41,169 nucleotides of DNA, taken from assembly GCA_964354065.1 (NCBI GenBank), contig CAYGYF010000002.1:1-41169 (forward strand), in the 5' to 3' direction. This document shows positions 1 to 7,269 of the stretch, piece after piece (within the stretch, counting starts at the first letter, position 1; each line of letters begins with the position of its first letter). This DNA is from an uncultured Dehalococcoidia bacterium. Lineage in GTDB: Bacteria; Chloroflexota; Dehalococcoidia; SM23-28-2. The notes beneath the pieces are model-generated. The model ran no database searches. It had not been told where the DNA came from and was given only the letters and a program-made list of their open reading frames with translations. Position numbers and translations under genes: made by a program.

Positions 1-2
1 CC

Positions 3-527
3 CTGGTGCGGCGCAGCGAGACCCTCGAACAGCAGGTGGTCGTCGCCGGTGAGTTGGTATCGTCGGATACGGTTCTCATGCAAGGCGAAGGTGCTAATGA
101 TGTCCTTCGCCACGAGCTGGCCCACATCGTGACCCATGTGGCCGGCGAGGGCCCCTACGGCGGCATACCGACTTGGCTGGATGAAGGGACAGCCATGTAC
201 GCCCAGTCAGAGCCTGGCGAAGGCTACACCTACCCCCTCGAGAAGGCTGTGGAGCGCCATAGTCTCCTATCCGTTCGCTCCATGACAGTCTTTCCCGTTG
301 ACCCCAGCAATGTGGCGCTCTTCTACGGCCAGGCCTGGAGCCTAGTCAAGTTTCTGGTCGAGACATATGGGCCACAGAAGTTCGCCCAGTTGTTCGCCAC
401 CTTCAAGGAGGGGAGCACCGTCGACGAGGCCCTCCTCAAGGTCTACGGGTTCAACGCGGACGGGCTGGAGAATGAGTGGCGGGCAAGTCTCGGCCTGCCT
501 GCCAACGAGTCGCGCGGCAGCGGCTGA
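3..527 (+). CDS. zinc metallopeptidase, peptidase-MA-like (5' partial, open to window start)
   Basis: ORF is open to the window edge. HExxH motif 'RHELAHIVTH' at nt 111-125, followed about 20 aa later by 'WLDEGTAMY', a gluzincin-type third-ligand Glu pattern. Confidence 0.6.
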   Translation: MVRRSETLEQQVVVAGELVSSDTVLMQGEGANDVLRHELAHIVTHVAGEGPYGGIPTWLDEGTAMYAQSEPGEGYTYPLEKAVERHSLLSVRSMTVFPVDPSNVALFYGQAWSLVKFLVETYGPQKFAQLFATFKEGSTVDEALLKVYGFNADGLENEWRASLGLPANESRGSG

Positions 528-1101
528 GTAGGAATCACCTGCTCCTCGCGTCTGCTGCGCCAACGGCGGGACTTCGGCCTGCGGCCAGCTTTCTAGAAGG
601 CAGTCGGTCAGACCGGACGAGTCGCGGGTGCATAATAGCGATTATGGCGCCACGAGTGTTCCGCGTTCTGGACACCGTCACGGCGCAAGCAGAGCGACCA
701 TTGACTCGACGGCTTCGGCTGTGCCATGATCCTCGCGCAGGCCGCGGCGGCGTGCGCTCGGGCCAGTCCCGGCGGGCGATTCAGGTGGCCTGAAGGCCCA
801 AAAGTTCCGCTACCTGAATCGTCTTGGCGGGCGATCGCAGGCAGATACAAGAATAATGTCCAAGGCGGGATTCCCACCCTGCTGAATGGGGTTCAGGAGG
901 GCACGCGTCCAAATCCGGCCCCGCTGACCTGTGTATCGGCAGGATTCTTCGGACTTGCCGCCCGTTTTCTGGCGTACACTTCGGGCGACCTCTCGCTCAC
1001 CTGAAGGCCAGTAGGGCACCCCGTATAGAGGGCTCTCCCGCCCAGCACGTCCTGATTGACAATCCGGGGCACCTGCCGGCGCTGATCGCCAGCTGATAGA
1101 G

Positions 1102-1184
1102 CTCCTGCTTCTCAGGCAGGCTCTCTGCCTATTTGGCTCCAGCGCTGAGATCGCCCAACGAATGTTGAATTCACCTGCGGGCAC
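1102..1184 (+). repeat. dispersed intergenic repeat 'R2', copy F
   Basis: 5' box GCTCCTGCTTCTCAGGCAGGCTCTC matches the 7076 and 14518 copies. 3' part ACGAATGTTGAATTCACCTGCGGGCAC matches CGAAGATTGAGCCACCTGCGGAGGCAC at 7155-7183. Confidence 0.6.
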
Positions 1185-1546
1185 GGAGCGCTAGCCTGAA
1201 CTTGTTGATCGATCAGAATCCCCTGGCGATAGGACATGGGCCGGCGTACTCTGCGTGGTGGCGTTTCCGACCCGCTTCGATGGAAACTCCATGCGGTTCT
1301 TCAGGGCCGGCCGATACTGCGGACCAGACTGCAGGCTTCTGGATCGACTCCCTCGTCGGAAGAACGCCAGGGACCTAGCCAGTCAGCTAGAGGTCACACT
1401 GATTTGACACCCACGTCACACCCGGGTCACATCTACCCCATCCGCCTGTGCCCCGGCTCAAGCGGGAACATACCATGGCGCCGAATAGACATGAGCCTCA
1501 GCGGAAGAAGACGAACGACTCACTGAGATTGCCGGACTAGGCTCGA

Positions 1547-1667
1547 TACCTGGAGCTCTACAATCGCGCCGAAGGGGAAGAGCCAGGCCACCGTCAGGTG
1601 GTACAAGGAGGTCCTGAACTCCTTCTGCCACTTTCTTGGGCAGGATGTCGGCTCAAAGCGTCTATGA
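1547..1667 (+). pseudogene. tyrosine recombinase (phage integrase) N-terminal SAM-like domain fragment, frameshifted and truncated
   Basis: Frame ending at TGA 1665-1667 reads 'APKGKSQATVRWYKEVLNSFCHFLGQDVGSKRL*'. The adjacent frame reads 'YLELYNRAE' just upstream. This is the classic core-binding pattern G-x-S-x-x-T-V-x-x-Y-x-x-x-L-x-x-F-x-x-F-L. No catalytic domain follows. Confidence 0.45.
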
Positions 1668-1743
1668 GACATCGGCCAGATTGAAATGTCTTGTCAATCG
1701 GCAACATCAGTGAGAAGCGTGTGGGCCGCCACTTCATCCGGCT

Positions 1744-2643
1744 CTAGCGCGGCCAGAGCATCGCCATCACTCGGTCTCTAACCATTTCATCCTTTCTGTA
1801 CGGTGCTCGAAGGGCGTCGACCTGAAAGCACCACGTGCGGCCTTGCAGGTGGATAACCTCGGTTCCACTGACTATCCCGTCGGCAAGAAGCGCAGAGCAT
1901 ATTGGGCCGTGCCTGTCAACCGACTTGTGCCTCGGCAGGTAGGTAGGGAATGAGGCAGGCTGACAAGCGAGGCTTATCCGCAGCTCCGGTTCCAATCTAA
2001 ACTCATCCTCCATGCCGGGTAGGACTAGCTGATACTTTAGAGGCTCCTGGGAAGGCTTTAACTTCTGTTCAAGAAAGATGACAGCACAATTCCAGATGTC
2101 CTGGCTGGCGCAGGCGACCGCAGTGGCCGCAAGAGAGGCCTCGAATTCATCGGCCAGCTCTATGAGCCGCGACAGGCTTGGTACGCAGTGCACCAGGCGG
2201 GGGCGAAGCATTTCTGGCGGAAGGAGAAGACGTGACCCGCCGATATCACATAGGACTTCTGCTTCTGGGCCGGCGAAGGAGGCAACGGTTTTGTCGTGGA
2301 CCGGCAACACTTCTTCGGCTGTACCAGGAAAGAACGTATGGCAGGTTTCGTGCGCGATGGTGAAATTCTGGCGTCTCTGGGAGTCTCGGGCATTGACGAA
2401 GATCGTTAGGCCGGGGGGTGTGGGAACTAACATGCCTGCATCATGCATTACGCTTGGTTTCACGCAGACTACGCCCCTGAAGGACGCTATTAATGGCAGA
2501 TTGATTGGGGGCGTCTTCTGCCCAGCCTCCTTCAACAAGTCGGTGACGAAAAGCTCCATCGCCTGGACCGGATCGCTTACTCCGGCTGCGGCTGCGACAA
2601 GCCGGGCGGCCCTGGAATACCAGCCCCTCCGTCGACTCTGCAC
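1744..2643 (-). CDS. ImmA/IrrE-family metallopeptidase
   Basis: 299-aa ORF with HExxH 'AHETCHTF' (nt 2338-2352). It starts 6 nt after the stop of the upstream XRE HTH gene, the canonical ImmA-ImmR arrangement. Confidence 0.75.
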   Translation of the reverse strand: MQSRRRGWYSRAARLVAAAAGVSDPVQAMELFVTDLLKEAGQKTPPINLPLIASFRGVVCVKPSVMHDAGMLVPTPPGLTIFVNARDSQRRQNFTIAHETCHTFFPGTAEEVLPVHDKTVASFAGPEAEVLCDIGGSRLLLPPEMLRPRLVHCVPSLSRLIELADEFEASLAATAVACASQDIWNCAVIFLEQKLKPSQEPLKYQLVLPGMEDEFRLEPELRISLACQPASFPTYLPRHKSVDRHGPICSALLADGIVSGTEVIHLQGRTWCFQVDALRAPYRKDEMVRDRVMAMLWPR

Positions 2644-2649
2644 CAGTTC

Positions 2650-3033
2650 CTACTCCCGGATGCTCCTGCGGATCGATTCGTAAAGAAACCTCCAACCCTC
2701 TTTGGTCTTCGGTTGCTCATTTCTGAACCGGATTGCGGCCAGCACCTTTAGGTCGTCCTCGGGGAGATCGAGTTCCTCAGCCAGAGCTCGCAGCTCGGCG
2801 GGGATCTGTAGCTCCACGCTAGTGGGTTGCGCCGGAGGCCTTCCCAGCAAGTCTGCCACAGATGTCCCTAGAGCAGTGGCTATCTTATACAGGGTCTCAG
2901 CAGACGGCTTCTTGGCTCGGCCATCCAAGAGTTCCCAAAGGTAGCCCTTGGCCACTTGAGACTCCCTGCTGAGGTCGGCGAGCATCCATCCCTTTTCTTC
3001 CATTCTCTTCCGGATCCGCTCGGCCAGTGTCAT
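2650..3033 (-). CDS. XRE-family helix-turn-helix transcriptional regulator
   Basis: 'LAERIRKRMEEKGWMLADLSRESQVAKGYLWELLDGRAKKPSAETLYKIATALGTSVADLL' is a typical HTH_XRE. Internal ATG at 3033 is preferred because AAGGAGG lies 8 nt upstream on the - strand. Confidence 0.85.
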   Translation of the reverse strand: MTLAERIRKRMEEKGWMLADLSRESQVAKGYLWELLDGRAKKPSAETLYKIATALGTSVADLLGRPPAQPTSVELQIPAELRALAEELDLPEDDLKVLAAIRFRNEQPKTKEGWRFLYESIRRSIRE

Positions 3034-3243
3034 GTGGCTGCCCTCCTTGGCGATTTGTACTGGCTCCCACCTAGCCATCCTACCACGCAGCGTTCTCCAT
3101 CACAACACGACCGTGCTCTTGACAGACTCTGGGCGCTGTTTGTATCCTAGTGAGGGCGGAATGTTCTGGATAGAGAACCACAAGGAGCACACCAATGGAA
3201 GTGAGCCATTGGAATCAGAAAGCGCCATGAAAGGAGGTCCAAA

Positions 3244-3552
3244 ATGGCGTCGTATCGAATAGTCTGTACGGAACAGGAACCGGTGACTCAGCCCACCACT
3301 CATGCCCACATCGTGGCGGTGGGCACAGGAAACGATCCTGACTCTGCCAACAAGCGGTGGACTCTCAACGAGGTTCTGGCAGCCATGGATCAGGGGCATA
3401 CCTTCTACACGCAGGGCAAGAACAGCGGCAAAGTAGCCCAGGTACAGAAGTACGTGTGCCAGCTGTGTGGGCGGACCCATATTCGTTCGACTCCCGATGC
3501 TGTCCAAGACAACAACCTTGACAATCTGCGACGCTGTTCCTGGAAGAGCTAG
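3244..3552 (+). CDS. DUF3892-like small protein
   Basis: AAAGGAGG lies 7 nt upstream of the ATG. 'HAHIVAVGTG...RWTLNEVLAAMDQGHTFYT' resembles DUF3892 as I recall it. The family assignment is from memory. Confidence 0.55.
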   Translation: MASYRIVCTEQEPVTQPTTHAHIVAVGTGNDPDSANKRWTLNEVLAAMDQGHTFYTQGKNSGKVAQVQKYVCQLCGRTHIRSTPDAVQDNNLDNLRRCSWKS

Positions 3553-3594
3553 AAGGGCGCCTGACCTGGGGGGTGTTGGGAATCGCTAGGGGCG

Positions 3595-3690
3595 AGCTCC
3601 TGGCCCAGAAACCGCGGGCAGGTCTTCCACCTTCTTTCTCGATGGCCAGCAGGGCCACGCCGAGAGATTGAAACCGATTGGTGCCGGGAT
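3595..3690 (+). repeat. dispersed repeat 'R2', probable diverged copy G
   Basis: GCGAGCTCCTG[GCCCAGAAA]CCGCGGGCAGGTCTTC aligns to the 5' box with a 7-nt net insertion (9 nt replace CT). CGAGAGATTGAAACC aligns to the 3' box CGAAGATTGAGCC. Confidence 0.45.
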
Positions 3691-3934
3691 CGCGGACCTT
3701 GCCGGCGTCCTGCTGAGTTCGGCCTAGCCCAGGTCGAAGGCGACGACATGCAGGTTCAAGTTCGAAAGGCGGACGTGGCTGAGCTGAAGCCTGGCGGCCG
3801 GCTCCGAAGGTCCCTCGATTCATCCACGGTGGAGCACGGTTGACACCGGGGTGCACTGCAGGACGGGCCGATTGTGGGCGATGTTCTCGGGAGGGCTTGC
3901 TTGCCCGGTCAATCGGGCCCGCAAAGGAGGCAAC

Positions 3935-4171
3935 ATGAAGAAGGAGCTACTGAACGAGATCGTTTCTGAGGAGCTTGATCACATCGTGAAGGGTGTCAGG
4001 GGCTCGGATCAGAATGCTTTCAGGATGATCTACAACATGATTAGAAGAAGGGACCTGGGGCGGGATCCAGCGACTCCCAGGACTGAGAGCCTTGGGAGAG
4101 CCATTCAGGCGATACAGGAAAGCAGCCCGCGGTTCGTCCCACAGTGTGACGAAAGCTACTTCAATCAGTGA
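3935..4171 (+). CDS. hypothetical small protein (78 aa)
   Basis: AAAGGAGG at 3923-3930 lies 4 nt before the ATG at 3935. Non-repetitive, charged sequence. No family recognised. Confidence 0.5.
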   Translation: MKKELLNEIVSEELDHIVKGVRGSDQNAFRMIYNMIRRRDLGRDPATPRTESLGRAIQAIQESSPRFVPQCDESYFNQ

Positions 4172-4239
4172 GGTTGTCTGGTATCCGACAGCTCAGATAA
4201 AATGTTCTAAGATGATACGTCTGGGAAGGGGTTGACATC

Positions 4240-4488
4240 ATGGCGAGGAGAAACGAACGGCACGTAGTGCCCAATTCTAGGGGCGGATGGGATGTCAAGA
4301 AACCGAACGCGGGTCGGGCCAGTTCTCACCACGACACCCAAGCCGAAGCAGAGGCTCAAGCCAAAGACATGGTTGCCCGGGCTGGCGGCGGCGAGGTCGT
4401 CATCCACGGCACTGATGGCCGGATTCGAGACTCTGACACAGTGCCTCCGGGGAAGGATCCCTTTCCGCCGCGAGACACTCGTCATTAG
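4240..4488 (+). CDS. DUF2188-like small protein
   Basis: 'RHVVPNSRGGWDVKKPNAGRASSHHDTQAEAEAQAKDMVARAGGGEVVIHGTDGRIRDSDT' has the pattern typical of DUF2188. Confidence 0.6.
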   Translation: MARRNERHVVPNSRGGWDVKKPNAGRASSHHDTQAEAEAQAKDMVARAGGGEVVIHGTDGRIRDSDTVPPGKDPFPPRDTRH

Positions 4489-4800
4489 GAAGTGGCCCAC
4501 GCAACAAGACTGGTCCGTCTTGCTCGGGTCGTGGAAAGCCCGGTATCCAAGGGCAGCGCTACGAGGAATTGCTGCCGGGGTACCTCCCTAAACCGAGACG
4601 ACGGCAGACTTCCGCCATGGGGAGACAGCGGCAGCCGTGATGGCACGATCGCGGTTGAGGGCTATCCACGTTCTATCCGTCGGCATACGTCGGCCGCACC
4701 AACTGACGGGCCCGTCGGCAATAGCGGCGCCGGCGGTCCGTAGGCAGAGACTATCAGCCTTGAAGCTCGTGCCGCGACGCGTCGCCCGGACTCGACACCG

Positions 4801-4828
4801 GCTTCAGACAACGAAGATTGGGCGTCAC
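4801..4828 (+). repeat. dispersed repeat 'R2', 3'-core copy H (may extend back to ~4734)
   Basis: GCTTCAGACAACGAAGATTGGGCGTCAC versus GGTTCATGCATCGAAGATTGAGCCACC at 7146-7172, about 20/27 identical. The upstream 5' box is only weakly recognisable. Confidence 0.4.
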
Positions 4829-4958
4829 GCTTGGCAGACTATGCGGACTTCGTGTCGATTGGGATACCTACTGTGTCCTGCTGGGCAGCAGCCATTCGAT
4901 CTCCCCGTGTGATAGATTGTCTCTACGGCACGCGGGACGGGATGGGAAAGGGGGCACC

Positions 4959-6800
4959 ATGGCCATCGATGCCTTGACTCACACCACAGACCGCCGGTTC
5001 GTAGTCCCTGCCACCAACGAAGACTGGCGGGACTGGGTCAGCGCGACCAGCACTCGCAACCACGTCCTCAATGACCCGCTCCTTGACTGGCTGAACCTCT
5101 ACGGCGAGCAGCATGGCTTCCAGCGAGACCCGTCACTCCCCAGATATGACCCCCGCACCGACCTCGCGCTGTTCCTGTTTCGCCAGGGGAGTGCCTTCGA
5201 GGCAGCGGTCATCGCCCACCTCCGGACCCTTACCTCCGTGGTGACGATAGCCGACGGCCCAGAGGACATCCGCGACCTCCGCAAGGCTGAAGAGACTTTC
5301 GCCGCCATGGTGCGCGAGGAGCCGGTGATCCACCAGGGGGTGCTCCGAGACGCCGACACCGGCACGTACGGCGCACCGGACCTGCTGGTGCGCAGCGACG
5401 AACTGCAGCGCCTCTTCCCAGATGCGATCACCGCCGAGGCAGCGTCCTTGCCCGCGCCGGATCTTGGAAGTGGACGCTGGCACTACCGCGTGGTCGACAT
5501 CAAGTTCACAACGCTCGGCTTGCTCGTCGACGGCCAGCTAGACAACGCCGAGTCCGCCCCTGCCTACAAGGCCCAGCTGTTCATCTACAACCGAGCCCTC
5601 GGCCGACTCCAGGGATACTTGCCACCCGAAGCGCACCTTCTCGGTCGAGGCTGGCGGCAGACACTGAAGGGTCAGACCTACCGCGGTACGAATTGCATGG
5701 AGCGGCTCGCCCCGATCGCGCAGGACTACTCCTTCAGCAGTGGGCGAACACTCGCCGAGGCCGTGCGCGCGGCCACCGATTGGGTGCGGCGAGTGAGGTG
5801 CGAAGGGAGCCATTGGACCGTGCTCCCAGAGCCCTCCTTCGATCAACTGCGGCCGAACATGAAGAACGACGAGGACAGCCCGTGGCACGCCGCTAAGAAG
5901 CGCATCGGACAGGAGCTCGGGGAGCTGACGCTGCTCTGGCAGGTCGGCGTGGAGAAACGGCGGGGAGCGAACGAGGCCGGTGTCTTCCGCTGGGCCGATT
6001 CCGGGTGTACCCCCCACAACGTTGGTGTCACTGGGCCTAAGCAGGCGCCCACGCTCCAAGCGATCCTCGACGTCAACTGCTCAAACGACGGCGCGCCGGT
6101 CTGGCCGGACCACGTCCACACTGCTGAGGACGAATGGCGCCTAGAACCGCCGCTCGAGTTCTACGTCGATTTCGAGACAGTGCAAGATCTGAACGATGAC
6201 TTCTCGCTTATCCCCGAAAAGGGCGGGCAGACCCTAATCTTCATGATCGGCTGCGGACATATCGAGAATGGGGAGTGGCGATACGCCTGCTTCACCGTGG
6301 ACGAACTCGCGGAGGCGTGCGAGGCTACCATCATCGACGCGTGGTTCGAGCATATGGAAGCTGTGCGGCAGCGGCTCAATCTGGACGACGATGAGCCGCG
6401 CCTCTTCCATTGGTCCCACCATGAGCCGACATGGTTGGAGACCCAGTACAACTCAGCGAAAGCCCGTCATCCCAGGAATGACTGGCCCTCGCCTCGATGG
6501 TTCGACTTCTACAGTCGGGTGATGCGATCCGAGCCGGTGGTCGTGCGCGGAGCGTTCGACTTCGGCCTGAAGGAAGTCGCGAACGCCATGCACCATCACG
6601 GGCTGATCGAGACACTGTGGAAAGATGGCCCCACGGACGGGCTCGGCGCGATGGTCGGTGCATGGAGTTGCGCGACGGAAGCAGCCGAGCGCGGGTGCAC
6701 ACTCAGCGAGACCGACCTGATGCAGGAGATCATGCGGTACAACGAGGTCGACTGCAAGGCGATGATGGAGATCATCCGCTATCTTCGCCAACATCACTAG
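4959..6800 (+). CDS. RecB-family (Cas4-like PD-(D/E)xK) nuclease fused to an RNase-H-like 3'-5' exonuclease domain (TM0106-type)
   Basis: Start moved to ATG 4959 because GGGAAAGGGGG lies just upstream. 'GAPDLLVR...YRVVDIKFT' has D-x-K at 5496-5504. C-terminal half has 'FYVDFET' (6168-6179) and 'YNEVDCKAMMEI' (6738-6755), the DxE and YxxxD exonuclease motifs. Confidence 0.7.
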   Translation: MAIDALTHTTDRRFVVPATNEDWRDWVSATSTRNHVLNDPLLDWLNLYGEQHGFQRDPSLPRYDPRTDLALFLFRQGSAFEAAVIAHLRTLTSVVTIADGPEDIRDLRKAEETFAAMVREEPVIHQGVLRDADTGTYGAPDLLVRSDELQRLFPDAITAEAASLPAPDLGSGRWHYRVVDIKFTTLGLLVDGQLDNAESAPAYKAQLFIYNRALGRLQGYLPPEAHLLGRGWRQTLKGQTYRGTNCMERLAPIAQDYSFSSGRTLAEAVRAATDWVRRVRCEGSHWTVLPEPSFDQLRPNMKNDEDSPWHAAKKRIGQELGELTLLWQVGVEKRRGANEAGVFRWADSGCTPHNVGVTGPKQAPTLQAILDVNCSNDGAPVWPDHVHTAEDEWRLEPPLEFYVDFETVQDLNDDFSLIPEKGGQTLIFMIGCGHIENGEWRYACFTVDELAEACEATIIDAWFEHMEAVRQRLNLDDDEPRLFHWSHHEPTWLETQYNSAKARHPRNDWPSPRWFDFYSRVMRSEPVVVRGAFDFGLKEVANAMHHHGLIETLWKDGPTDGLGAMVGAWSCATEAAERGCTLSETDLMQEIMRYNEVDCKAMMEIIRYLRQHH

Positions 6801-6882
6801 CATCGCGGGTTCGGCCGCGTTGCTTCGAGCGGTAGGAGGGGAGATGTCCGTAGTCCAGTCGGACTGCACCGTCCGTCACCCC

Positions 6883-7041
6883 TGTGGGGTGCCAAAATGT
6901 CATCCGTATCCGGAGGGTTGACGCAGTGAGCTGCTCGGGCCAGCCTCGAGGCACTATGCCCTCGTCGAGACACAGCACCACGAGTACGAGTGGGTGGCTG
7001 CTTGACCTGCAAAGAGACGGACGGAATATTGGCACCCCACA
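6883..7041 (+). mobile_element. 159-bp IS-derived miniature element (IRL + transposase 3' end + IRR)
   Basis: IRL is TGTGGGGTGCCAAAATGTCATCCG at 6883. The reverse complement of the right end is TGTGGGGTGCCAATATTCCGTCCG, ending at 7041. The interior encodes '...HHEYEWVAA*', the conserved C-terminus of rve-type (IS481/IS3-like) transposases. Confidence 0.7.
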
Positions 7042-7075
7042 ACTGCGCGTTCACGGGAGGTTGTTGGACGCTCAG

Positions 7076-7185
7076 CGATCTCCTGCTCCGCGGGCAGGCT
7101 CTCGAGGTCCATCGGACTCTGCGCAAGAGAAGCCGCGAGGCCTGCGGTTCATGCATCGAAGATTGAGCCACCTGCGGAGGCACCC
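7076..7185 (+). repeat. dispersed repeat 'R2', copy A (full length)
   Basis: GATCTCCTGCTCCGCGGGCAGGCTCTC, then 41 nt, then CGGTTCATGCATCGAAGATTGAGCCACCTGCGGAGGCAC. The end boxes are almost identical to the 14518 copy. Confidence 0.75.
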
Positions 7186-7269
7186 CGTAGGTTCTGCAGA
7201 GTCAGCTTTTGCGGGCAGCCGACCTCCTAGAGCTCGCCGTTCTGAGCGCGTGTCTTTCCTCGCTACCTG

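Noticed and set aside
1240-1300. Possible tmRNA/tRNA 3' end on the - strand (TGGTGGCGTTTCCGACCCGCTTCGATGG)
   Set aside because: The reverse complement ends in ...GCCACCA, but the preceding bases do not form a T-arm/acceptor structure. Judged coincidental.
6800-6882. Intrinsic terminator after the RecB-like gene (AGTCC-AGTC-GGACT hairpin at ~6853-6866)
   Set aside because: The stem is only 5 bp and no U-tract follows. Not convincing.
7076-7185. R2 repeats as integron attC sites (a truncated tyrosine recombinase is nearby)
   Set aside because: No RYYYAAC/GTTRRRY core pair and no overall imperfect palindrome between the two end boxes. The flanked units are multi-gene operons in mixed orientation. 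The recombinase fragment is not recognisably IntI. Kept only as a loose analogy.
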